NCBI GenBank assembly: GCA_907165135.1
Contig: OU015566.1
Coordinates: 6,696,001-6,760,000, forward strand
Length of the DNA: 64,000 nucleotides
Direction: 5' to 3'
Source: Oikopleura dioica
Lineage: Eukaryota; Animalia; Chordata
Positions 1 to 12,145 of this stretch are shown here, one piece after another. Every line of letters starts with the position of its first letter. The first letter of the stretch is position 1. Both the position numbers and the translations under genes were made by a program. A model generated the notes under the pieces. That model was given only the letters and a program-made list of their open reading frames with translations, was not told where the DNA came from and did no database searches.

Positions 1-392
1 TCATTAGTATCAATGCTTGTATCTGACCTAGACGATAACCAAAAACTCTATATTGAAGGAAAAAAGCCGGCACTTATGGTGCTTTACCTTCGGCGGAGCA
101 AGCATCACGAAGACAGACTCATCATAAGCGCCAATTACGTCCTCTCCATATCTGTGCATTTGGACTAGGAAAATATTTCATCTCAGAAGTTTGGGGCACG
201 TGTTGAAAAATTACCGGGTACGACTTCCAGTTCTCCGTTAATGGTATTGTAGCATTCGCCATTCTGGCAGAGCATGTAATGTCCCGAATCAAGATACGCT
301 CCCTCATCGCCACGGATGATCCACTGGCCGTTGGGGGTCACGTCGAAGTGGTACGCCGCCGCGAAAATCGGCAAAAAGAGAAAGAAAATCAT
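1..392 (-). CDS. Small secreted protein of unknown function, multi-exon, runs off the window start
   Basis: ATG at 392 gives MIFFLFLPIFAAA (signal-like). Removing two short GT-AG introns (gtaattttt...tcctag and gtaaagc...aatatag) keeps the frame open: ...ELEVVPVQMHRYGEDVIGAYDESVFVMLAPPK|SFWLSSRSDTSIDTN. Confidence 0.5.
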
Positions 393-878
393 GGTTTGAC
401 TCTTCTGACTGTTCTGACCCAAATTTCATCAGTTATATATTCTGCAATAAAATTTGGGCGTGGTGATACTTGACTTGAGTATTTGAACCGGAGGTAGTTA
501 CCTTCCATTCAATTTTTATTGCTCTTTATTTGCCTGCGATTTTGCAAGAGACGAAATTCGAGAGAGCAAGAGATTTTTGAGTTTTTATAAGATGATATTT
601 TTGTTTATTTATATACAGAATTTTTATGAAAAAAAAACAAACCTTTTTGGTCAGATCGTTAGCTGGATGGATGGAAACATGGCGGCAGAAGAGGATCTTC
701 TTCTTTGTTCATTTTCTTGGTCATCCACCTTCAGTGTCGCGGAACTTTTTCAAATTTACAAAATACAAGCAATTACAGATGATTTTTTCTAGACAAATTT
801 TACATTGACCTCCTTGGAAAAAATGGTCAAATTTTTAAAATTGTCCAAAGTCGTTTAAGCTTTAGGACACTAGTTCTT

Positions 879-1997
879 TTAGTTCTCGCCGACGACTGAG
901 TACACGTGGGGGTTTCCTTCCTCGTTGACGACGACCTCGCCTCCTCGTCCGCTGCACTGACCGGCTGGCACTACTGAAAAGTTTTCGACAAAGTTCTCGC
1001 TATCCAAGAAGCTCTGGCTTCGGCAGCATTCGCTGAAGTTGACATCGTATGGGTATCTGAACAGAGAGTTTGCTGCTTGCCTCGGGATCTTTAGGAAACC
1101 TGTTGGGGTAAAATCCACAGCAGTTCTGTTTGTCGTGACCGTGGAACTGCTTGTCGCAGGACGCATTGTCCTGTGGGTTGAAAGAGCCGCCGCCGTTGAT
1201 AGTTCGGAATTGCTCGTCCATGCAGTGGCTTCCCCAGAGCTCGTCATCGGGCTCGTTAGCAGCGCAGTCCTATGTTGATGGGTTAATGAGGAGCAATTGG
1301 AAGTTACTGGTGTTAATGAGTATTTTAGGTATTTGAGGAGAATTCTTACCTGTTCGGCTTTAGCAATGTTTTCGGCGAATCGTTTGTCGCATTCACAAAC
1401 GTTTTCACCGTCCTGTTTTGGGTTGTTCGAGCAGTCGAGTTGTCTGTTTCCGGCGGCGTCTTCGGTGAAATCGACACTGTAGGCAACATCGGTGTAGTTG
1501 GCGGAGTAATCATTGAGGACGCACTTGTAGCATCTGTAGAGTTCTTTGCAGTGGTGATCAACCATGTCCTTGGTCTTTCCACCGCCGATGACGCCGTCGG
1601 CTGTGCCTTGAATCCAGCAGTAGCATCCGTAGTTGGTCATTTTTCCTTCAAGAGTTGTGAGCTCGCTTTCAAAGTCAGCAAGTGTGGCTGGATTTGTAGA
1701 GTCGGAGCCAAAGTTCTGCAAATAGAGCATCATAGTAGCCAGTGGTCGGAATCCGGCTTCTCCGTCAATGTCTGCTCGGCGATGACGCGGCGAACCGGTC
1801 ATGTCCGAGATCCACTGTCCGGTCAGTGCTCGTTTCACGTCCGACTGGTGCATGACTGACTTGGCATAGGCTGCGGCGAGGAACGATGTGAAGATTTTCT
1901 GAAACAATCTCTTTTAAAATTTTGCTCGACGAAGCAAACATAGCTTTTATAGAAGTCTTTTTTATAAAATTTTGACAAAAAATAATCAACTTACCAT
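879..1997 (-). CDS. Secreted phospholipase A2-like protein (group I/II fold), predicted catalytically inactive
   Basis: ATG-only first exon (1995-1997) followed by GTAAGT; introns 1899-1994, 1270-1349 and a 43-nt intron near 1048-1090. Product has signal MKIFTSFLAAAYA, RHRR site, YGCYCW loop, DMVDHHCKELYRCY helix, VCECDKRFAE and CCGFYPNRYPYDVNFSECC. Confidence 0.85.
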
Positions 1998-2073
1998 TTT
2001 CTGCGTTCTGTTAAATTTTCTACTCTCTCGAATTCGACTGAATAGTGAGTGACTTAAAAAAAGTGTTTCGTTT

Positions 2074-2082
2074 CTTATATAC
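2074..2082 (-). promoter_or_regulatory. TATA box candidate for the PLA2-like gene
   Basis: TATATAAG on the minus strand about 80 nt upstream of the ATG at 1997, next to a GC-rich patch (2085-2240). Confidence 0.35.
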
Positions 2083-2781
2083 CTCCGCCGAGAAATGTCC
2101 GATGCGCGATTCCTCCGAGGGCGCTCGTAAGCTTCGCGCTCGCGAAATGAGCGCGCGGTAAGACGGCGCCGCGCTGCGAAAAAGTCCCGATCGCCATCTA
2201 CTAAGCTCTAGTTTTCGAGGGCTGCGAGATTCCGCTCCTAAAGGACATGGATTTCCGCGTTATGCTAGCTCTGGGCCCTTATCGCAAGGTTAAAATCAGT
2301 ATCATGCAAGCTCTCATTTTCCAGTCGGAATATATTAACTGTGAACGTTTTTCTGTAAATCCGCTCTGATAAGGGTATCTAAACAGAACTCGAGGATTTA
2401 TCTTATCAAACGTAGAATATATCTCGACTCAGCGAACATCTATTTCATAAATATCATCGAGTTTCGTGAAGGTCTGTAATATCTATTTGCTTTTACTGTG
2501 ATAAGCGATCTCCGCAGGACTTTATCTTATGAATGTCTTCCAACGTCAAGTTTCCGACCCGCTTACGGCTTTGAAGCTGTGCAAACTCAACTAAAGAAAA
2601 GTGACAAAACAACTGTATAAATTCATTACAGATGAAGAGCTTTTTATTTCTCACAGTGGACAAAAGGAAAAATTAGAATTCTAGTCGTCGTAGGGTCCGT
2701 CTCGTTCAATCATCACCCAGACATGATAGAACATTTTTCTAGAATTTATTATCATGAATCATGATTTTAAAAAAGATGCTC

Positions 2782-3868
2782 TTACCCATCATCCTCCGAA
2801 AATTTAGGCCGTAAACCGACTCTATCAAAGAATTCCCTGAAAGTTTCATCCTCGCTTGCGTCGAAGATCTTCCCCTTCTCTTCCTATAAATAGCTACGTA
2901 AAGTAAAGAATGATTGTCAGGTGACCTTTTTTCGCTTGATTTCTGATAGTTCATGAGCGTTCCATTTGAATTCTTCGAGCCTCGTCAGTTTTTCATCCAT
3001 TTTAGTATCTTTCAAGAGGTAAATAGAAAGCCATGTTAGAGTCTTAATTTAGATTAACAAATTTTCAACCTCGTCCCGAAAAACGTCGGCCAAGACCATC
3101 TAAACGGCACATTCGCGTTTCTAACTTGATGAAACGTTGCAGGAATGACTCCGTACGTAAGGTGCTCGAGAAGATTTCCAAAGTTGACGACGAAGGTATC
3201 CTTGATGGGCGGAATAGAGAACCACTCGTCTTTGGACATTGCTTCGAGCCCGCCAGCGTCGTCTTGCATCAAAATCGTTATGAAAGAGTTGTCGAAGTGG
3301 CCCCGAAGAGACCACCTTTATGGTGGAGTTTGCTCGTAGCAGACTACGTTTTGGGATCCCTGCGGCTCTTAAATGAGTGAATAGGGTTTCAAGAAAACAG
3401 CATTATACCGAGTCTATTTGACAGCCGTCCTTTTTCAAGACCAAGAGCAGTTTCAAAGAAGCAGAATAGTCGAAACGCAAGCTTGGAAATTTCACAGATA
3501 TACTTGTGAAACAACGAATCAACGTATTCAACGTCAATGGAAGCATCCTTTTCCACAATTCCAACGAAAGGGGGCAAGTCAAAAGCTGTGTCGCTGTGAA
3601 CTAGTTTTCCTTCGTATTCTTGAAGCTCTTTTCTTTTCGACGGCGAAAGATGGTAGAAATCGTAAGTGACCTGCTTTATCTCTTGAATAAGTGTTTTGTC
3701 GACTCCGTGACTCGAAATGTACATAAATCCTGTGTTCACCAGCGCTAGGTACAGTTTTTCTACTTCCTCGGGATTATGTGAGAGCACTTCAAGGTCGATT
3801 ATTGGAGCGTGGTGAGCTTTTTTCGCCCGAGCATCTTTGAATTTTTCCTCTGCTGTTGTTTTTTCCAT
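2782..3868 (-). pseudogene. 2-oxoglutarate/Fe(II) dioxygenase (IPNS/DIOX family) with an in-frame nonsense codon
   Basis: APIIDL...GFMYISSHGVD N-terminus, HFD iron motif, GGLE, FVVNFGNLLEHLTYG, distal His in ATFHQV, and RWS. After the 41-nt intron 3368-3408 the frame reads ...CYEQTPP*RWSLRGHFD, with TAA at 3318-3320. Last exon EEKGKIFDASEDETFREFFDRVGLRPKFSEDDG*. Confidence 0.75.
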
Positions 3869-4662
3869 TGAACTTCTCGTTTTCTATCTCTAAGGCGACA
3901 AAATCGCGATTTCTTATTTAGTATAAAAAATCTATTGGCTTGGTCGGAAATGACGAGACTCAACCCTGCCAACTATCGTTACGGTAATTCTATCGTTGCT
4001 AGATCTCTGTCTTTGATATACAGTAAATCACTTCTGTGACGATTTCCGGTGATGTTCTTTCGAACGATAAATAAAACGTCAGCCGAACGCGCTCCACGGA
4101 AGACATTCAAGAGACAAAAGCTGGGCGGCGATAACCTTTGGCTTACTTCATAACATTTACTGAATATGCCCGGCAGTTCTTGAGAAGTCATTTTCAGGGT
4201 GAAGATAATTTCATTAACGTGCACGTGAAGTGTCTTTCCCTCGCATATCTATCAGTTTCGGCAAAACTGGACGAAATTCAATCTCTGCCTCAAGTTGATA
4301 CTTCGAGCCTCGAAGTTCGAGGACGACCAAAGCCAAGAGCCTGAACCACAGAGCGTTCCACTTTCCACATTCCGATCAGGCTTCGTGAAATAATTACGCA
4401 AAGAGATCGGCTTCAAGATCACATTGCTAGATGCCTAAAATACCAGTTTATTATAAGAACCAGTATATTTGATTCATAAGTAAGACCTTTGAAGACTCTT
4501 GATGGAACTTTCACAAAGATTGAGCAATAATAGATGGTATCAAATGTGAATAAGGAGTACAGAGTAAGCAGGGGTGTTCATATGTGGAAACGGTCCAAAA
4601 ATAAACAGGAAGTACTTCTTAGGTAGAAATTATTACACCGTAGTTATTTCCGCTTTAGACCC

Positions 4663-4669
4663 TATATAA
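4663..4669 (+). promoter_or_regulatory. TATA box candidate for the His/Arg/Asp repeat gene
   Basis: TATATAA about 50 nt upstream of the ATG at 4718. Confidence 0.35.
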
Positions 4670-4717
4670 TCAACCCGAGACAACTCAAGTCATCAAAAAA
4701 AAAAGTTGATTTTTAAG

Positions 4718-5221
4718 ATGAGCGAAACCAACAACGACCAACAAGATCGACCTCCCCACCATCGACGAGTCGGAGACGAGGAAGATCGACCTCCTCACCA
4801 TCGACGAGTCGGAGACGAGGAGGATCGACCACCCCACCACCGACGAGTTGGAGACGAGGAAGATCGACCACCTCACCACCACCACCGACGAGTTGGGGAC
4901 GAGGAAGATCGACCTCTCCACCATAGACGAGTCGGAGACGAAGAAGATCGACCTCCTCACCATCGACGAGTCGGAGACCAGGAAGATCGACCACCCCACC
5001 ATCGACGAGTTGGAGACGAGGAAGATCGACCTCCCCACCATCGACGAGTCGGAGACGAAGAAGATCGACCTCCCCACCATCGACGAGTCGGAGACCAGGA
5101 AGATCGACCACCCCACCATCGACGAGTTGGAGACGAGGAAGATCGACCTCCCCACCATCGACGAGTTGGAGACGAGGAAGATCGACCTCCCCACCATCGA
5201 CGAGTCGGAGATGAGGAGTAA
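4718..5221 (+). CDS. Low-complexity protein made of 12 x DRPPHHRRVGDEE
   Basis: ATG at 4718. Differences between 39-nt units are mostly synonymous in this frame (CCT/CCA, CAT/CAC, GTC/GTT, GGA/GGG, GAA/GAG, CGA/AGA). A short extra exon near 5246 is possible. Confidence 0.65.
   Translation: MSETNNDQQDRPPHHRRVGDEEDRPPHHRRVGDEEDRPPHHRRVGDEEDRPPHHHHRRVGDEEDRPLHHRRVGDEEDRPPHHRRVGDQEDRPPHHRRVGDEEDRPPHHRRVGDEEDRPPHHRRVGDQEDRPPHHRRVGDEEDRPPHHRRVGDEEDRPPHHRRVGDEE
4745..5218 (+). repeat. Coding 39-bp tandem repeat, 12 units, with a duplicated 3-unit (117-bp) block
   Basis: Unit GATCGACCTCCCCACCATCGACGAGTCGGAGACGAGGAA. Units 5-7 and 8-10 share the diagnostic variants GAAGAA, CAGGAA and GTTGGA. Confidence 0.95.
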
Positions 5222-7493
5222 GGCCAATGAAATCATCTTGCTTAGGAAAACGGACCCCCGCACCGGAACAACAACCTGATCTCTCACTTTATCCATTTCT
5301 TTATTTCTCTTTCATTATTTGTTCAATATTTTTATTTCTTGAAAATTTTGGATGAATAAATTCCCTAGCAAAAAAAAAAAACAAATTTTTCAAGCATTTT
5401 TCATCAGAATTATTATCGAAAAAAATAGCTTTATAAATTTTACGGACATTATATAGAGCTTGGCAGGTATAAATGGAAATTTTAAAATCACCCTTCATTG
5501 AATGGAGGGCCTCTATCATGAAAATTAAGGGCAGGGCTTGGATCAAATATCTGCGATGAGATTCTGACGGGTACATTAATCGATGATGTGCGACAATGAG
5601 TCTGCAGCTTTTTAGAAGCCCTCCTGTATGTTCTATTAATCCGACGCGAGCAGGTTTTGTATCTGAAGAAAAATTCCAATCCGTTAGAATTAGACACCTT
5701 CACAAACATTTTGGCACGCTTCTGTTGTATATTTAACAGAATAAAGAAGAGACAACAACACTTGCGCAGCATTTGTCTCAATTCGTGAAATTGGGTTAGA
5801 GCGTTGGCCATTCTAATCCAGAACGGTAACCAATTATACCTGTGCTTGAACTGAGTTCATTGTCCAGCAAAAAAAGCCACGTTATGACGGTTTTCAACGA
5901 AGCATTGGCAAATTCAAATTCAAACAAGGCGTTTCTTGGAAAAGCTCGTCAATTGGAGTTGTCTACGCTTTTCTGTTGGTAGTACAGGATCAGTAGCTCA
6001 CGAAAATCGCGCTTTAGGCTCCTTGCGCGAAGTGCTCTCATTGAGAAGAAAAACAACGCACCCTTTGGTTTTCCGAGGGTTACAGGTTTTACCTAAAAGT
6101 TTGTGAACCCGCACTCTCTTCGCAAAAACACTCCTTGATCTTCAAACAAGGCGCTCAAACTCACGTTTTTCTGCTGATTATCTTCAGTATTCAATATTCA
6201 TGCAATACATTACTGTATGAATTGAATTCTGAGAGCCGCTGATCTTTTCCGAAAAATGAACTCTTCTGCTTGGCTTTGTAGAACTAACAATGTCATGTTT
6301 TGCATGTGTCAAAGTAGATTTATATTTTCTCAGCTGACAAGAAATATCGGCTTAGCTGCAAGAAGTTTACGGTTGGCATGTATTTTTCAGAATCCGTTGT
6401 CAGACTCTTATATTGCTCCCTATTGAACAGAGAGATGCTACGGTGACCGTGTGGTCTAGTTCTTTCTAGTAGAAATTGATCATCGGATAAGCGATTCGTC
6501 TTGGAGATTCAGCCATCTAGGCGAAGATCTCTCTAACGTGTCATCAAGCCATTTTTCTTGCGTCATTTTTAAATTTATATCGCCATGAAGTTCCGTAGAG
6601 GTTGTCTTAGAACTGGTAAAAGTACTTCCCAGGCTATTTACAGCTGGTTTTTTGAGTCTACCAGCTGAAAATGATGATTAATTGGTAACGTGTACTTCTA
6701 GTTCGTCAAGTTCCGTAATACCCTTCGAGTACTGCGAATTCTCGAGTCAGTCTTCTTCTCCAGCGGCTGTCAAAGTCAAGATCGATTGCTCCTTTCACGA
6801 AATTTCCGTGAACGAAAATTCGTTCTAGGTCAAAAAGGGCGAAAAAAGGTTCCGGCAAAACTGGAGTCTTTTGTTACCAAGGTTTGTTTTTCTTGTTGAT
6901 TTTCGTAGTTATCTTCATGCAACTTGAAAAGAAGGACGTTCATTTTAAGACGAAACCGTTTAGCGCCTAAACGTAAGCCCGAGCGACTTTGATCTTTAGT
7001 CTTATTTAAAACAAGCACCTTAGAAAACATCCAGCGCTGTCTCTTCAAGATCCGTCCTGTCGCTTTTTTGACGTCTCCATTAAATTACGTAGCGAGCCAT
7101 CTATCAGGAGGACTTTTGACGTGAATTTCAATAAAATCAAGCTCAGAAAAAAAGATCGAAAAAAAAGAAAAAAACTTTTTTACGGCCTTTTTGAACTGAT
7201 TTATCTTGAAAGGTTAAATTTGGAACTGTGTCAAAAGGAAAAAAAGCTATTTCTTAGGACGCATTACACAGATATTAAACTGAAAACTTCCTTATCACAA
7301 GCTTGGGGTCGTTTATACAACACCAACCGTTTGTGGTTCTGATAAGCATGGATCTAAACTAGAATTAAGCAAAAAAGGTAGATATGGATAAGCGTGGTTA
7401 TCGTAATTTTGTTAGACCGTTGGGGAATTTAGGCGACCATTCATTTTGGTGGAGAAACCGGCACTTTTCGAAAAAAAGGAGTGACAGTCGAGA

Positions 7494-7615
7494 CTTGGCT
7501 CGGCAACCTGTGTAGAAAGCCAGAGTCAGGGTCTGAAAGAACTGAACTGCTCGGCTTTTCATTTCAATTCTTTCAGACCCTGACTGAGGCTTTCTACACA
7601 GGTTGCCGAGCCCAG
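7494..7615. mobile_element. 122-bp foldback MITE with an 8-bp TSD (hAT-like)
   Basis: AGTCGAGA repeated at 7486-7493 and 7616-7623. Arms CT(T/G)GGCTCGGCAACCTGTGTAGAAAGCC...GTCAGGGTCTGAAAGA, about 45 bp, nearly perfectly inverted. Confidence 0.8.
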
Positions 7616-10600
7616 AGTCGAGATGACTGAATATTAAATTTCACGTCTAATAAAATTATTCATTCATTGAATCAATCAGTCTCTTTCGCTCTGTTTTGAA
7701 ATAAAACATCGATCGAGCTGTCTTAAACGGGTTGACCTTCGGGTAAGGAGTGTCTTAATCTATTTAATGAGGAAATAAAATCAGTGTTAGTTCAAGTCGA
7801 ACATCGATACAGAAAGACATCTTTTTAACTAGACTTTTTTTTTAAATTCGAAATAGTCTAGCAATAAAATCACGATTAAATCAGCTTCAAATAAATATGA
7901 TAAGCCATAATATTGATCAAAATAAACGGTATTTAGTTTTACCCATTCTTTAAACGTGTCTCTATTTGATTAATTATTTTCGTCGATTAGTAAAAAAGTG
8001 CATGAAGGGGAAAAGATTCATGAATCATCATGTAAGTCAAAAATCGAGACTGCTATTCCAGGAAATACAGAGGATCGTCTCTGTTTTATGTAAAAAATTG
8101 GCTATCCTTGGTGACCATAATAAACGAGACGCTTTTTCTCGATACAGGCAAGCACTTTTACCAAAACTTTCTAGTAATTCCTTCAAAAGATAACCAAGAC
8201 AAATCTCCAGATTACAAGAAACGATCGATCAAGGGAGGCGGTTTCTTGTCTGGAAGCAAGGATCAAGATGGATGGAGCCGAGCGGCAATGGGTGTCCTTG
8301 GATCTAATTATCCCGACGGAGATTATTCTTCGCAATTACGTCGCGAAGAGTTCTAAGCGCGGCGATTTTCTTTGACGATTTGGAGGACCTCTCGCTCTGA
8401 AGAAAAAACGCCATTCGTGAAGCTATCATAACACCTGCGCATTAGTGACAATGGAGCACATGAGAAATCGCCTTTGACTTTCAAGAATGAGCTCTAATCT
8501 ATGTCATAAAAATGGCTTTCTTCCCGTATCTGGGACACATCCATCGACGGTTAAAATGGCCCCTGACAGATTTTATCTTTGAGATATTCTTTGAAAGTTG
8601 AACTTCCAAGTTAGAATCGAATTTGAGCATCCGAAATTGCGATGACTAGTTTAGACAGTAAATTACTTTTTAGAACTTGTAAGAGATAAGCCGATGTTTA
8701 ATGCATCCTCAAAGTCTATTAATTTCCATTTGAGTAAACCTCAAGCTTATTATTTTTTGGAACGGAACTCTTTTGAAGCTATAATTTTAGAATAAACCAT
8801 CATAAAGAAATGAAAGGCTTCTTCCTTATCATAAGACATTACCAAAGAGCCTATTATATTCCATAAGAATATACCTTTATGAGCAAAATGAATGATTCTC
8901 AAAGAGATTATGCTTGAAGAAAAATGTTTTTCTTAAGAATTTTTAATTTCGATAAGACGCTAAGACTTCAAGAAAAAAGGGGCGATAAGACATTCAAAAT
9001 CCGCTTTACGAACATTCAATCAGATTCTCTCGCTGCACCGTGAAAAAATGGAACGCGTGTAAATCATTCCCTCACGGATTAGCCTGACGTGCTCAAATCT
9101 GGACCCTTCTGATAAGGCATTAAACAAAACCGTTTTTCGGGAATTTTTAAGATAACAAAAAGTCCGAGCTCCTTCGCCTGTCGAGATTCCGGAACGGATC
9201 AGATTCTTTTCCCGGAGGTCGCTATTCCGGCTCAACATCGTCGATGCTTTTTTCGGACATCTTTGATCCTGAGTTTTGAATGTGATCTGGGTCTTAGAGG
9301 AACAAAGTCTAATGAATCGTGTTCAGTTGAGTTTTCCTCGTTGATTTTAAGAAAAAAATGTTAATAGTCAATTCAGAATAGATTATTTGAAGTAATTAGT
9401 TTCGACTAAAAATACCAGAGCTCCATGTCAGGGAATCTTTAATCATGTCCCTGAAAACATTTGCTATCAACAGGCAGGTACAGAACTTATCATGCTGCAG
9501 ATAACTTGCTCCCATTTTTTATCATTTTTTTTTACTTCGAGTCATTCTTCTCGCAAACGCTGATGAGCAGCCCCCGCCCAAGCTTAGAAGTGATAGTGTT
9601 CACGAAAGAAGCCCGAAAAATTTTTCTACAAACAGATTTTTTGAAAATTTTCAGTCCAACGGGCCGATATTTATCCACAAATTGTTTCATCTTCACGGTC
9701 CTGTATTAGACCTAGCGCTAAAAGCCTGAATAAAAGCTTGTTTTTACTTTGAAGGAAAAATAAATATTCGAGAACTGAAGTTTTCCGCGAAAATTTTAGC
9801 GCTAGAATTTAGGCCAAAAGACTGTTTATTCAAAAAATATTTTCTTAACTTTTTTTGATTTAATTTTTTGATTTTTTTAATGAAATTGAAAAGTGACTTT
9901 GGCAAATCGAATTGGTAATGAATTTGTTTTTGTACAATTTTTCACGTGTCTATGAAGTTTCGCGTTGTTTCGCGGGCAACGTGAATTTGTGCGTTTTGGA
10001 TGATCAGCCCGTGCAAATAATTTAAGGCAAAGGCTATTATGTAACGCGGTTTAAACAGATCTTGGGATGAATAAATTTCTTCTTTGATTGGATTTTGGCA
10101 AAGTTCACTCGCCCTGCCCTAGAAATCAAAATCGCCAAAAGAAAGGAATAAGAAGAAAAATCGCAGAGAAAGATTACTGTGTATTTAAACGTCAAAGAAT
10201 GCAGTCTTGCTAGCACGTTTCGCAGCGTCAGCGGGTGAAAACAGGCTGCCAACCGGTCGTTTTTTAGCTGATAAAACGCTCCACTCACCTGCCACTTTTG
10301 TGAGTTTTTCAAATTCTCAACTTCTGTCAAACAATTAAAAAATCGGAAAACCACCAAATTCTGCTCGCTGAAGCAACTGGATGGAAGAAACTCGGATGTA
10401 AAGAAGGTCAAGCAAGCAGTTTCGGTGGAACAGATTTTGGACGGGCTCAGCCGAGCGGTCAGAAGTTCACTCCTTTTGGATTAGTCGGGTTTATGCATAA
10501 GAAGCGGGAACCCAAAAGTTACCGAGCTGCCCAAATCTAACTGAAGCTCTTTTCTTGCTGGAGATATTTTAACGTTGCCTTTTCGTTCTGTTCTGACCTG

Positions 10601-12029
10601 TTTTGATAAGTCATAATTATTGATATGAGCATCAGTACTTCGCAATAAATTTTGGATAAGTAGAGTTATTTTGCAAAGATAATAAAATAGGGTTTGCGCT
10701 TGAATCATGACATTGAGCTAGTGAATCGTTAAGAGATCCCATTATCAGTACTGATAAGGGGTTCTCTATCACGAGAGTTAGGTCAGTGAACTAGGGACAG
10801 AAGTACTTCTCTTATCAACATTTAGCGTCTTATTAAGAGATCTTTGCTGCAAAAACAAGCATCCAAATTTATGGTCTCAAAAGAGTTCACGGCTAGATCT
10901 TTTCTCGGTTCATTTTAGTGAGCGAAAAAGTTACGGTTTTAGAATCTTCTATTGTGAAATTAATTTTCTTCTCGTAAGAGGATAATCTCAACCCGGACTG
11001 TAAATCTTACGTGTGTTTATCCGAGGGAAAGGCGGAAATCAACCGAAAAAGTACTAGTTCCTTTTCGCTCCTTACTGTATAATTTTCCCACATTTCGCTT
11101 CTCTCAGCTGTTTTTGCAAGTGCCTTCTTTTTGGTTAGATTGATAAAGCGGAGAAAAACATCTTCAGAGGGGGAGTGAGGGGACTTCATCAGTCTGGACT
11201 TTAATCATACGTTTGAGGCTAGTCTAATTCGAAAATAACTACGGTTCTCTCGACATGAAAGAAGTCGGAAACGGGAAGCATCGAAAATGAACTGGCGAAG
11301 ACTTTTTTTGATTGATGCCTGAGAAAGCATATCTCGGATTTCGTTTACGATTAAGACCCGTTTTCGGGTAACAAAGATTAATATATAATAAGCTTACTGT
11401 GTTTAAAACAACAGTCCTAGTAAAATAACCGATAAAAAAAATACTCTATTTTCGATCATAATTTGTTCATTTTGGTTTTCGAAGAATTAATATCTAGAAT
11501 AAAGATATAAAAACATGCTTAATAAAAATTGGGTAATGCTAGCCATGAAATCAGGACGGCCGAATATCGTCATAAGTTCCAAACCGCTAGAAAAGCAAAA
11601 AAAAAAAGTACCAATTTTGTCGTCATTTTGTCTACCATCAGGCGCTAGAAAAAGAACCAGCGCGCAACTTTAGACGCGCCAATTATTTGGAAGTTATCAC
11701 TTTTCCCCGTTCCAGTAGCGACCCTTTTTTCATGTGTCGAAAAAAATGCACTTGGAAAAGCGAGAAAAGCGGATCACAGAAATATCTGCTCAGAATACGC
11801 GCCGCAAAAATAATAAGCACAATGCTTCAGAGTGTCGCAGATGGCCACTCACGGCGCGCTAGAAAAATAAAGCAAAGGCAAGTTAGATGACAAGTTTGGG
11901 CAGATTTCAAGGGCCTTAGGTTTTAAGAAATCTTCTTTGTACTTGAAAAATGGGTGAGTCCAAAGGTTCTAATTTGGAGCAATCCAGCGCCTGTTTTGAC
12001 GGTAGTAGGGGGTTATCATTCGAGCTGCC

Positions 12030-12145
12030 CCTAATCCTAAACCTAACTCAGGGGGCTACGCCCCCCGGGACCTCCCTCCTAACGCCTAAACCAGGGGGCT
12101 TCGCCCCCCGGACCCCCCTTAAGAGTTCCAAGTCCCTAACCCTAG
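12030..12145. repeat. Dispersed G5/C5 double-hairpin repeat with telomere-like (CCTAAC) flanks, copy 1
   Basis: CAGGGGGCTACGCCCCCCGG and CAGGGGGCTTCGCCCCCCGGACCCCCC flanked by CCTAA(A/C)C motifs; a second copy lies at about 27685-27815. Confidence 0.7.

Noticed and set aside
488-510. GAGGTAGT let-7-like seed in a short hairpin
   Set aside because: The stem is far too short for a pre-miRNA and the match is only 8 nt.
4685-5296. Long overlapping ORFs on the minus strand and in other plus frames of the 39-bp repeat
   Set aside because: They are open only because the unit lacks stops. Synonymous variation supports the DRPPHHRRVGDEE frame alone.
5400-7050. Coding-like minus-strand fragments (e.g. 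RIFVHGNFVKGAIDLDFDSRWRRRLTREF)
   Set aside because: I could not join them into a consistent spliced ORF or assign a family. They may be a decayed gene.
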